From NCBI GenBank assembly GCA_965223665.1, contig OZ245011.1, forward strand, positions 672,001 to 736,000: a stretch of 64,000 nt of DNA, given 5' to 3'. The translations under genes and the position numbers were made by a program. Shown piece after piece: positions 43,198 through 52,388 of the stretch (position 1 is its first letter; the number at the start of each line of letters is the position of its first letter). Source of the DNA: Nitrospinaceae bacterium (GTDB lineage Bacteria; Nitrospinota; Nitrospinia; Nitrospinales; Nitrospinaceae). The notes beneath the pieces were generated by a model. It saw nothing but the letters and a program-made list of their open reading frames with translations. It did not search any database and was not told the origin of the DNA.

Positions 43198-45416
43198 GAT
43201 TTCGATTTGGAGAGATATTTAATCTTGTAATGATCTAATGTGACCCCCATCACTTTTCTTAAATTAATCTTGGACTTATTATAATCTACAATAGCTTTCA
43301 ACTCTTTACTTTGCTCTTCTGCTAAATCGGTCTGGAATTCTAAAACATTAAAACTTGTAGACAAACCGACTTCAAACTTCTTTTCCTCTGCGTTAAGTTT
43401 TTCCTGAGCTAATTTTCGGGCCACACCCGCGGCCTGGACTCGTTTTTTATCAGTTTCTATTTGCCGAATCGCTTCTCTTACTTCTAATACAATGGTTTTT
43501 TCTAAATTCTTTAAATCTAACAAAAGTTGAGCGGCTTCCAGTTTGGCTGCAGTATAGCGACTCTTAGCAGCATTGTTACCAAGAGGATATTTGAAAACTA
43601 TTCCCGCTTCCCAGGTTTTAAAATCACCTCCTAACGCACGATCCAAACTTTTGAAGACGTCACCTCCAAAAGGGTTTAAAGCTGGTGGACCGGATCCTAT
43701 TGAAACAGCACGGGCACGTCCACTAACCCCATTCAAACTAAGACTACCAACCAAATCTAATGAAGGATAGAGTTGATTTTTATTAAATTGAACTTGGACG
43801 TTCTTGTTATCTAGTTCTTTCTTTTTACTTTGAAAATCAGGTCGATAATTTAAAGCTTTCTCTATCGATATATTCAAATCGAAGGGAGATTCCTGGACAA
43901 AACGAGGGGAATCTACAGGACGTATATCCATTTTACCTTTGGGTGAGTCAAACGAAATATTAATTATATTTTTGATATTATCTTCATTATCTTCGATTAA
44001 TTTTTGAGAACCAATTACAGCTTCTTCGCGTGACGCTACTTCTGATTGAGCTTGAAGAATTTCAAGTGGCGCCAATGTCCCTACATCCACTTGGGCACGA
44101 ACCCTTCTTTCTAAGTCCCTCGCACGTTCCACAGATTTATTTTGAACTTTTAAATCTTCCAGGCTGAAAACTAAATCCCAATAGGTATTCTCTGCATTAG
44201 AAATCGTATCTATGACAGTGCGTTTAAAATCAAAGTCAGATATATCCAGGTTATTTTTGGCCAAATAAATATTGGTTTTATTAATATCTGAACCAAAGTT
44301 TTTTAAGAGGGGTTGGGTGACCTGTAAAGCCAGCCGACTTGTGTATTGTGCATTAAGACCAGCAAAAGCGGAATTGGTTTCATCTCGCTGACCTTGGAGG
44401 CTAACTTCGTATTCAGTTCCCAGTTTGAGTTTTTGATTCAAGGCTAATTCTAATATTTGTGCATTATTTTGTTGTTTTGCGGGAATGGCAAAAGCCGAGG
44501 TTGATTGTGTCGAATTGTCTTGATGTTTGGCTTCAAAAGAAATAGTGGGATCAAATGCAGCATCCTGTTCAATAATTTGCTGGGTTCTAATTTTAGAATT
44601 AAATTCTTGAACTGCAATATCAACATTATTTCTCAATGTACCTACAATTAGGTCATAAAGAGATAGCTTTAATGTGTTTGTTAATACAATGTCCGGTGTC
44701 TCAGAGCTTTCCTTCACCTCTTTGTTTAAATCCTCTGGAATAACTAGGTCCTTAAACAAAGGTTGGGTTTGGTTTTTTAAAGAGCTTTTATTTGTTTCTG
44801 GTTGATCTTCCGTTTGCTTTAATTTATTTGTCACCGAAGTAATTTCTTCTTCTGGAGTGGAAGTAGTATCAGAAACGGAAGAATCAAAACTTTCCTGTAT
44901 TTCCTCTTTTTGTTCGGCTTCTTTAGTTTCTGAAAGATTTTCTTCTTGTGGGGGCGAAGCTTTTTCCAAAATAGAGGATTCCAAATTTTTGGGAATTTCT
45001 TCCGGATCCTGGTTTTCTCTCATTTTGTCCAAGTCTTCTTCAATTGAAGAAGTGGTATCAGTTAATGGTATTTCTGTGGGATCCGATTCTTGGGTTTCTA
45101 ATTTTCCCTCTGCAGCCGGTAAAATTATTTCAGCTTCTGGCGCTTCTGTTTCCATATCGGAGTTGGTATCTTCATCAGATTTTTTATTTAAGGGAGGGGA
45201 GGGGATACTGGGTTTTATTTTTTCAACTTCAATTTCAGATGGCCCTATTGATAGTGGGGGATAATTTCTTTTTGCCATCAGGGCATAATTTTTGGGTTTT
45301 ATTTTTCCTGATTTTACCTTCTTACCGGCAAAAGTATCTAATGGATAAAAAATCAATAAGTTTAGAATGATTAATAGACAACAAGAAATTGAACCACTAA
45401 ATGAGAGTCTTTCCAT
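43194..45416 (-). CDS. TolC-family outer membrane efflux protein with long acidic N-terminal extension
   Basis: Two OEP repeats (QPLLKNFG, YPSLDL, KFEVGLSTSFNVLE); about 200-aa E/S/T/P-rich segment after the signal peptide. Confidence 0.85.
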   Translation of the reverse strand: MERLSFSGSISCCLLIILNLLIFYPLDTFAGKKVKSGKIKPKNYALMAKRNYPPLSIGPSEIEVEKIKPSIPSPPLNKKSDEDTNSDMETEAPEAEIILPAAEGKLETQESDPTEIPLTDTTSSIEEDLDKMRENQDPEEIPKNLESSILEKASPPQEENLSETKEAEQKEEIQESFDSSVSDTTSTPEEEITSVTNKLKQTEDQPETNKSSLKNQTQPLFKDLVIPEDLNKEVKESSETPDIVLTNTLKLSLYDLIVGTLRNNVDIAVQEFNSKIRTQQIIEQDAAFDPTISFEAKHQDNSTQSTSAFAIPAKQQNNAQILELALNQKLKLGTEYEVSLQGQRDETNSAFAGLNAQYTSRLALQVTQPLLKNFGSDINKTNIYLAKNNLDISDFDFKRTVIDTISNAENTYWDLVFSLEDLKVQNKSVERARDLERRVRAQVDVGTLAPLEILQAQSEVASREEAVIGSQKLIEDNEDNIKNIINISFDSPKGKMDIRPVDSPRFVQESPFDLNISIEKALNYRPDFQSKKKELDNKNVQVQFNKNQLYPSLDLVGSLSLNGVSGRARAVSIGSGPPALNPFGGDVFKSLDRALGGDFKTWEAGIVFKYPLGNNAAKSRYTAAKLEAAQLLLDLKNLEKTIVLEVREAIRQIETDKKRVQAAGVARKLAQEKLNAEEKKFEVGLSTSFNVLEFQTDLAEEQSKELKAIVDYNKSKINLRKVMGVTLDHYKIKYLSKSKS

Positions 45417-45422
45417 AAATGA

Positions 45423-45453
45423 ACTTTCATAATTAGGTATTAGGTATGAAAGT
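45423..45453. repeat. Perfect 9-bp inverted repeat enclosing a tandem ATTAGGT repeat, just upstream of the tolC-like start codon
   Basis: ACTTTCATA-ATTAGGTATTAGG-TATGAAAGT. Confidence 0.65.
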
Positions 45454-45722
45454 AATTATATTATAATGACTTGCAGTTTAGAAGAAGGAAAATCCTCCAA
45501 TTTCAGTAGAAATTTACTTAGATTTCCAGTTGAATTATTCTGGAGAGGACTGTGAAATTGGGAAAAGGATTGAAAAAAGTGTCTTAATTTCCAATTTTTT
45601 TTGATTTTTTTTAAAAATTTCTTGTTAATATTACATTAACTGTATATAATGAATTTAAACTTTTTATGGGAAAACGGTTATAACTCTTAAGACGCTAATT
45701 AACCGAATGTTAAATTTTTTCC

Positions 45723-46391
45723 TTGGAAACTACAATGGAAACAAATGAGCAAAACAACCGTGTGACAGCCGCGGATATCTTAAAAGAAGTTCCTATCACT
45801 CGAAAAACCCTTTGGCTTTGGCAGAAGAAATATAATTTCTTCCCCGATCCAACAAAGGAAGCGCATCCCGGAGGAAAGGGGATTGTAGGTTATTACCCAG
45901 CCTGGGTCCAGGAACGTTGCAAGCAGGTGTATGCCTTACAAAAAGGTGGGCACACCATTTCCATGATCAAGGAAATTTTGAAAAAAGAAGCTCAGGAAAA
46001 ATCGAGCAAAAAAATTCTTGTGGTAGACGATGAAAAGAAATTTTCCATGTTGTTGAAAAAGTTTTTCAGTAAAAGTGGTTATATTGTAGAAGTGGCATTT
46101 GATGGTTTGGATGCGGGTTTAAAAGCAGCACATTTTCAACCAGCCATTATTTTATTGGATATCAATCTTCCAGGACTTAACGGGTTAGAAGTATGTAAAA
46201 ACCTAAAAAATAATCCTAGAACAAAAAATATGACTATCATTGTAATTTCTGCCAGTTTGCAATATACGGAAAAAGCAGTTCTTTCTGCGGGTGGAGATAT
46301 GTTTGTTAAAAAACCGGTCAATTTCCAGAATCTGTTAGAACGCTGTAATGATGTCATAACCAAAAATGAAAATATTCAAGTTCCCAATTAG
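45723..46391 (+). CDS. Response regulator with N-terminal MerR-like HTH and C-terminal receiver domain
   Basis: ITRKTLWLWQKKY...YY...GHTISMIKEIL; ILVVDDE...ILLDINLPG...FVKKP. Confidence 0.8.
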   Translation: METTMETNEQNNRVTAADILKEVPITRKTLWLWQKKYNFFPDPTKEAHPGGKGIVGYYPAWVQERCKQVYALQKGGHTISMIKEILKKEAQEKSSKKILVVDDEKKFSMLLKKFFSKSGYIVEVAFDGLDAGLKAAHFQPAIILLDINLPGLNGLEVCKNLKNNPRTKNMTIIVISASLQYTEKAVLSAGGDMFVKKPVNFQNLLERCNDVITKNENIQVPN

Positions 46392-46531
46392 AAAAAAAAA
46401 CCATTTATTGATTCCTTAATATAAAATCTATTAAAAAAAAGTTATCCTTCCTATCGCTTTTCTGTCAAAAATCCTGTAAAAGATATTAGATTAATAAGGC
46501 AAGAATCAACCTATTAGAATTAGGAATTTGT

Positions 46532-47365
46532 ATGTCAAATGTACCTGTGGAAGCGTCAAAAATTGACGAGTTAAAACAAGCTGCAAAAGAATTAAGGCTT
46601 AAAAGTTTAGAAATAATCCACCAAGCCGGTTCAGGTCACCCAGGAGGAAGCCTCTCTGGTGCTGATATTCTTGCAGTATTGTACTTTGGAGTTATGAAGT
46701 ATGACCCTAACAATCCAAAAGATCCTAATCGTGATCGCTTTATTTTAAGTAAAGGGCATTGTACCGGGCTTTTATATTCAACTTTAGCAAGAGCTGGGTA
46801 TTTTGGAATGGATGAGCTTTCTGATTACAGGAAGTTAAATAGCAAACGAAATCTTTCCGGGCATCCTCATCCTAAAACTCCGGGGGTCGAAATTGCCACT
46901 GGAAGCTTAGGGCAGGGGCTCAGCGTAGGCCACGGAATAGCCTTAAGTGCCCGTTTGGACAACCTTAAATTTAGGGTTTTTGTACTACTGGGCGATGGGG
47001 AATTACAAGAAGGTCAAATCTGGGAAGCGGCTATGTCAGCATCTAAATTTAAAACAAACAATTTAGTCGCTATTGTGGATTACAATAAAGTGGCTCAAGA
47101 TAATATTACCAAAGAATTAAAAGACCTGGAGCCGCTCGAAGAAAAATGGAAATCATTTGGGTGGGATGTGATACGAATTGATGGCCATGATGTAGAACAG
47201 GTATATAAGGCTCTAGAAACGCCTCTACATCCAGAAAAACCAAGAGTGATAATAGCAGATACAATTAAGGGTAAAGGAGTCAGTTTTATGGAAGGTAAAA
47301 CTTCCTGGCATGGGGTGGCTCCATCAGATGAAGATTATGAAAAGGCAATTAAGGAGCTACAATGA
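46532..47365 (+). CDS. Transketolase, N-terminal subunit
   Basis: SGHPGGSLS, RDRFILSKGH, GSLGQG, GDGELQEG TPP motif. Confidence 0.95.
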   Translation: MSNVPVEASKIDELKQAAKELRLKSLEIIHQAGSGHPGGSLSGADILAVLYFGVMKYDPNNPKDPNRDRFILSKGHCTGLLYSTLARAGYFGMDELSDYRKLNSKRNLSGHPHPKTPGVEIATGSLGQGLSVGHGIALSARLDNLKFRVFVLLGDGELQEGQIWEAAMSASKFKTNNLVAIVDYNKVAQDNITKELKDLEPLEEKWKSFGWDVIRIDGHDVEQVYKALETPLHPEKPRVIIADTIKGKGVSFMEGKTSWHGVAPSDEDYEKAIKELQ

Positions 47366-48291
47366 AGGATGGAGCAACACGAGACGGTTATGGAGCGGCC
47401 TTACAGGAATTTGGCCCCGATTCAAATGTTGTGGTTTTGGATGCAGGAGTAAGTGATAGCACTCGAAGCAAAAAGTTTGGGGACAAATTTCCGGATCGAT
47501 TCTTCAATATGGGAATCAGTGAAGGCGATATGGTTTGCACGGCCGCAGGTTTAGCTACTGCGGGTAAAGTGGCATTCGCCACAAGTTTTGCCTGTTTCTT
47601 ATTAGGAAGAAGTATGGACCAAACTTTAGTGAGCGTTGCTTATTCCAACACCAACGTAAAATTAGTGGGAACTCATGCTGGAATTGCAGTGGGAGAAGAT
47701 GGACCCACTGCACAAATGATTGTTGACTTATCCTACACACGGGCTATTCCCAATATGACCGTAATTCAACCGGCGGATTGGGAAGAGGCTTATCAAGCTA
47801 CAAAGGCATTAGCAGTTCATACCGGGCCAGCTTATTTACGATTAGGCCGGGCAAAAGTAAAAGGAGTTTATGATTCAACTTACAAATTTGAAATTGGAAA
47901 AGGAAATATACTTCAGCAGGGAAAAGATGTTGTCATTTTTGCAACAGGCGGAATGATCCAGGAAAGTCTGTTAGCAATAGATGAATTACAAAAAAATGAA
48001 ATCAATCCTACATTGGTTAATATATCTACCATTAAACCCATTGATACAAAAATAATTTTGGAACAAGCTAAATCTCATAAATTTATAATTACTGCGGAAG
48101 ATCATAGTATTTATGGTGGACTGGGAGATGCTGTTCTGGAGGTATTAAGTAATAATGGAGTTCTTATCCCATTTAAAAAAATAGCAGTTCACGACACGTT
48201 CGCAGAAACAGGTTCAAAAGACCAGCTTTATGAAAAGTATGGACTATCTGCTGCAAGCATGGCCCAGGAAATAAAGGAATTTATTTCTTAA
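47362..48291 (+). CDS. Transketolase, C-terminal subunit
   Basis: RFFNMGISE, GEDGPT, YLRLGR, AEDHS..GGLG. Confidence 0.95.
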   Translation: MKDGATRDGYGAALQEFGPDSNVVVLDAGVSDSTRSKKFGDKFPDRFFNMGISEGDMVCTAAGLATAGKVAFATSFACFLLGRSMDQTLVSVAYSNTNVKLVGTHAGIAVGEDGPTAQMIVDLSYTRAIPNMTVIQPADWEEAYQATKALAVHTGPAYLRLGRAKVKGVYDSTYKFEIGKGNILQQGKDVVIFATGGMIQESLLAIDELQKNEINPTLVNISTIKPIDTKIILEQAKSHKFIITAEDHSIYGGLGDAVLEVLSNNGVLIPFKKIAVHDTFAETGSKDQLYEKYGLSAASMAQEIKEFIS

Positions 48292-48378
48292 AATTCTAAC
48301 TTTTTTCCAACTTACCATCCAGTGACTTTAATTAGAAAGCCCCAAATAAGCCGGCCTTTATTTAATTTCCAAAATAAG

Positions 48379-48406
48379 AGTTAACATAATATATGTTATG
48401 GGAACT
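48379..48406 (-). other. dif: dif site (XerC/XerD recombination site)
   Basis: Minus strand AGTTCCCATAA-CATATA-TTATGTTAACT, 11-6-11 layout, compared with E. coli dif GGTGCGCATAA-TGTATA-TTATGTTAAAT; intergenic. Confidence 0.85.
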
Positions 48407-48461
48407 TATTAGCGGGGATATTGAATCTTCCAAAAATGCCCTTTTTGAAATTGGCTAAATT

Positions 48462-50348
48462 ATGTGTGGAATTACCGGGATTGTAGACTTTAACAATAAA
48501 TTAAATAATACCCAGGCTATTGAAAAAATGCTTTTCGCATTAAAACACAGAGGGCCTGATGATAGTGGCATAGAAACTTTTCCTCTAAAACAAGGTGGAA
48601 GTATTTATCTGGGGCATCAAAGGCTTTCCATTATTGATTTAACCTCAGCTGGTCATCAACCCATGAGCAATTCCAATGGAAATATTTGGGTAACAGCAAA
48701 TGGGGAAATTTATAATTACAAATCTTTGAAAAGTGAATTATCTAAAATTTTTGAATTTCGAACCGAATCGGATACTGAAATTTTACTTGCGGCTTACGAA
48801 AAGTGGGATGAGGAATGTCTTGATAAAATAAAAGGCATGTTTGCTTTTTCAATTTTTGACCGTCATGAAAATTCTCTATTTTTAGCCAGAGATCCCTTAG
48901 GTATAAAACCTCTTTATTATTATCTGGATGATAACTATTTTTTATTTAGTTCTGAAATAAGATCTTTACTTGCAAGTGGTTTAATTCAAAAAGATCTTAA
49001 TTTCACAGGCGTATATCAATTTTTGGTATTCGGTCGTATAAAATATCCTCAGACAATAATCAAAGGGATTTATGAAATTCCCCCTGGTAATTTCTTAAAG
49101 TATCACCTTAGGTATAAATCAAAAATTTTAATTAATTATTGGGATTTGAAAAATTTTTCTTACCAAAAGGAAGCTCCAACAACTTCCATTTATAATTCAT
49201 TACGTACATCCTTAGAAAGGCGTTTAGTTAGCGATGTTCCAGTGGGAATTTTTCTTAGTGGTGGTATTGATTCCAGCGCGATTACTAAAATAGCCAGCGA
49301 TTTATCAAGTGATTCTTTAGCAACAGTTTCCATGAATTTTAAAGAATCCAAATTTGATGAATCACCCTATTCTAATCTTGTTGCAAAACAATTTAAAACT
49401 AACCATAAGAACTTTATTTTAAGCGAGTCAGACTTTTTACAGGGTTTGGAGGGTTGTCTTCAATCATTAGATCAACCAAGTATTGATGGGATAAATACAT
49501 ATTTTATTTCTAAATGTGCTCACGATTTAGGTTTAAAGGTTATTTTGTCCGGTATTGGCGGAGATGAATTATTTGCTGGTTATCCCTCATTTCAATTTAT
49601 ACCAAGATTTCTTCGTATTCAGAAGCTGCTTAAATTTTTTCCCAAAAAAATTAAAATCATTATGAGTCAATTTATCATTATGAGTTTAAGTGGTAACCTC
49701 AAGGCTGAAAAAATGATCCGCTTACTGATTGAAGACTTATCACCCACAGGCACTTATCATCTTTTCCGATCCTTATTTTTTGGCCAAACTTTAAAGGATG
49801 TTTTTAAAGATCAGGAGCAATTTTCTCAAGAATTAAATAGAGTTGCTCATAACATCCAGAACAATGATATAAAGCAAAAAAAATGGGATATTGTTGAACA
49901 AATTTCTTATTTGGAGTTGACCGAATATACAATTCCAATGCTATTAAAAGATACAGATGTTATGAGTATGGCGCACGGTCTGGAAGTGAGAGTACCTTTC
50001 CTCGATCCAGACTTGGTACGTTTATTATTTTCAATTCCTGGAAATTTTAAGATGTCCAAAAAATCTCCAAAATCTCTTTTATTAAACGCCTTGGAGCACT
50101 CTCTTCCTCCTAAAATAGTCAACCGAAAAAAAATGGGTTTTACCTTACCTTTTGCCAATTGGATGAAAAACCAATTGAAAGCAGAGGTAGAATCTGTTTT
50201 ATTTTCCAATGTTGATTCTATTGATCTCTTTTTAGATTCCAATGTAATCAAAGGTATTTGGGTGAATTTTCTTAAAGGAAAAACTGAATGGTCTCACCCT
50301 TGGTCAATATATGTTCTAAAAAAATGGGTAAACCAGCACATTAATTAG
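48462..50348 (+). CDS. asnB: Asparagine synthase (glutamine-hydrolysing)
   Basis: MCGITG, HRGPD, RLSIID, NGEIYN, LSGGIDSS, SGIGGDELF, EVRVPFLD. Confidence 0.9.
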   Translation: MCGITGIVDFNNKLNNTQAIEKMLFALKHRGPDDSGIETFPLKQGGSIYLGHQRLSIIDLTSAGHQPMSNSNGNIWVTANGEIYNYKSLKSELSKIFEFRTESDTEILLAAYEKWDEECLDKIKGMFAFSIFDRHENSLFLARDPLGIKPLYYYLDDNYFLFSSEIRSLLASGLIQKDLNFTGVYQFLVFGRIKYPQTIIKGIYEIPPGNFLKYHLRYKSKILINYWDLKNFSYQKEAPTTSIYNSLRTSLERRLVSDVPVGIFLSGGIDSSAITKIASDLSSDSLATVSMNFKESKFDESPYSNLVAKQFKTNHKNFILSESDFLQGLEGCLQSLDQPSIDGINTYFISKCAHDLGLKVILSGIGGDELFAGYPSFQFIPRFLRIQKLLKFFPKKIKIIMSQFIIMSLSGNLKAEKMIRLLIEDLSPTGTYHLFRSLFFGQTLKDVFKDQEQFSQELNRVAHNIQNNDIKQKKWDIVEQISYLELTEYTIPMLLKDTDVMSMAHGLEVRVPFLDPDLVRLLFSIPGNFKMSKKSPKSLLLNALEHSLPPKIVNRKKMGFTLPFANWMKNQLKAEVESVLFSNVDSIDLFLDSNVIKGIWVNFLKGKTEWSHPWSIYVLKKWVNQHIN

Positions 50349-50362
50349 AAACAAAAATTTCT

Positions 50363-51238
50363 ATGAAATATAAGTTTTATCAGATCGATGTTTTTAGTGA
50401 AAAAGCTCTAGGGGGAAATCCCTTGGCAGTTTTTGTTGATGCGGTGGGTTTAAATGACGAGACCATGCAAAGAATTGCCCGGGAAATGAATCTATCTGAA
50501 ACTACTTTTGTATTTCCTGCTACTGATTCAAAAGCGGATTTTGACATCAAAATTTATACTCCAAATAAAGAAATTCCCTTTGCAGGTCACCCGACCATTG
50601 GAACTGCCCACATTTTGCATGAAATAAAAAAAATTAATGTTTCAAAAACTACCACCTTTAAAATGGGCGCAGGACTTATAAAAGTCAGCCAGGAGGGAAA
50701 TGCTTTTTTCATGAATCATCCTCAACCAAAATTTGGTCCCCCCTTCCCTTCAATGGATCAAGTAGCCAAAGCACTTTCGCTAAAGCCTTCCCAAATTCAT
50801 ACAAAATACCCCATTCAACTTGTTTCCACTGGGTTTCCAGCTATTTTGGTCCCAATTAAAAACATGGAAGGCATAAAAAACATTCAAATTAATCATCAAA
50901 AACTAGAAAACCTTTTACAAGATGTGGATATGCTTTATGCATTTACCTGCGATTCTGAAATCCTCCACCCGAGTGTTTATGTGAGAGGATTTGCCCCCTT
51001 TATAGGCATTCCCGAAGATCCCGCGACAGGAAGCGTTGCTGGTGCTTTGGGGGCTTATTTTCTTAAGCACCAAGTAATAGTTAAACCTTTTAATGAGATT
51101 ATAAATATCCAGCAAGGATACGATATTGGAAGGCCTTCAATACTTAAAGTAAAAGCTGAATTAATTGAAGAAAAATATTTCAAAATAAAGGTAGGTGGAA
51201 AATCAATAACAGTGATTGAAGGATGGCTGTCCCTCTAA
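50363..51238 (+). CDS. PhzF family isomerase/epimerase
   Basis: DVF...GNPLAV, NLSETTF, FAGHPTIG, EDPATGS, QG..IGRPS. Confidence 0.9.
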   Translation: MKYKFYQIDVFSEKALGGNPLAVFVDAVGLNDETMQRIAREMNLSETTFVFPATDSKADFDIKIYTPNKEIPFAGHPTIGTAHILHEIKKINVSKTTTFKMGAGLIKVSQEGNAFFMNHPQPKFGPPFPSMDQVAKALSLKPSQIHTKYPIQLVSTGFPAILVPIKNMEGIKNIQINHQKLENLLQDVDMLYAFTCDSEILHPSVYVRGFAPFIGIPEDPATGSVAGALGAYFLKHQVIVKPFNEIINIQQGYDIGRPSILKVKAELIEEKYFKIKVGGKSITVIEGWLSL

Positions 51239-51269
51239 CATTACTGATTATCTTTTCCTAAATATTTTA

Positions 51270-51536
51270 TTAGGCGGTCTTTTTGTCTTGGTCAGAGATT
51301 TCCGAGGGATGGCCGAATTGGCAATTTTGACAATAATGCCCTGCCACTCTAGAACACATTATGCAGGCTTTTTCTTCACCAGCTAACTGAATAGCCCCTC
51401 CACAATGATTACACCTTGGAGCGGGTCCAGTAGAATTTTCAACTTTTTTAATTTGTTTTTTATTTATTTGTAGCTTACTACGGGAAAATTTTACCTGCAT
51501 CTCTATATTCTCCACCAGGACTTGTTGATGAATCAA
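51270..51536 (-). CDS. Small Cys-rich putative zinc-binding protein (start uncertain)
   Basis: Three CxxC pairs: CNHC, CIMC, CQNC. Confidence 0.55.
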   Translation of the reverse strand: MIHQQVLVENIEMQVKFSRSKLQINKKQIKKVENSTGPAPRCNHCGGAIQLAGEEKACIMCSRVAGHYCQNCQFGHPSEISDQDKKTA

Positions 51537-51656
51537 AAACCTAAAATTTTTGACGAGTAATTAAAACCTGCCAAAAAACCTGTAAAACCGAATCTGGCTT
51601 AATTATTAGAAGAAAAATGGAGATAATCGATCTAAAAAATTTTGAAAAAAGCAAAA

Positions 51657-52205
51657 TTAGAGTCTTGACATAACACCTTTATTTACCGTCTCTAATCTAT
51701 TTTTATCAAAAAGGATCTCAACCAGCTTAAATGCAAACTCCATTGCCGTCCCAGGAGCCCTGCTGGTAATTAAATTACCATCTACAACCACCCGATCCTC
51801 TAAATAGTTTGCCTGATTTATTTTGTCTTTAACGGACGGATGAGATGTTACTTTAGCCCCTTTAAGGATTTCAAGTGAATCTAAAATAATTGGGGCAGCG
51901 CAAATTGCAGCAATATATTTATTAAACCTATGCATTTGTAGGATAACATCGCAAACTTTAATGTTTTTCATTAAGTTTGTTGTTCCAGGCTGGCCTCCGG
52001 GTAATACTATTAAATCAAAGCCTTCTGAATTAATATTTTCAATGAGTTCATCTGGAAAAATCCTTAATCCCCGTGAACCTTCAATAGGCCCTTCCTCAGT
52101 TGCCGCTAATGTAACTCTAGCACCTGCTCGACGAAGAATATCTAAAACTGTTATAGTTTCAATTTCCTCAAAACCAGGGGCCAAGGCAATCATTACTTTT
52201 TTCAT
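51657..52205 (-). CDS. DJ-1/PfpI family protein (YajL/ThiJ)
   Basis: GFEEIE, LPGG.PG, AAICAAP, TSRAPGT. Confidence 0.92.
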   Translation of the reverse strand: MKKVMIALAPGFEEIETITVLDILRRAGARVTLAATEEGPIEGSRGLRIFPDELIENINSEGFDLIVLPGGQPGTTNLMKNIKVCDVILQMHRFNKYIAAICAAPIILDSLEILKGAKVTSHPSVKDKINQANYLEDRVVVDGNLITSRAPGTAMEFAFKLVEILFDKNRLETVNKGVMSRL

Positions 52206-52388
52206 GAAAAAACCTCACCAGCTAAGAATTTGTATTACTCTCTTTTACTTAAATTATTATTATTTTTGATGTTACTGAATATAAATTGGGGAGTCAATCG
52301 ATACAAAATAGAATTTAAAGGTTTAAATTTTCCATGATGTAAATAAGCGATGATAAAATAATGCTAATTATTTAATTTAATTTTTTTC

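Noticed and set aside
46532-48291. Transketolase split in two as a possible frameshifted pseudogene
   Set aside because: Two-subunit transketolases are a known family, and the second gene has its own AAGGAG SD and an ATGA overlap.
48292-51238. Xer-integrated mobile element (IMEX or pdif module) beside the dif site
   Set aside because: Only one dif-like copy was seen, and the flanking genes (transketolase, asnB, phzF-like) are not phage or mobile genes.
48462-51238. Phenazine or lasso-peptide cluster suggested by asnB + phzF (and the pabB/trpE-like gene)
   Set aside because: No phzA/B/D/G, precursor peptide or B protein is present; both families commonly occur alone, and this AsnB keeps its glutaminase N-terminus.
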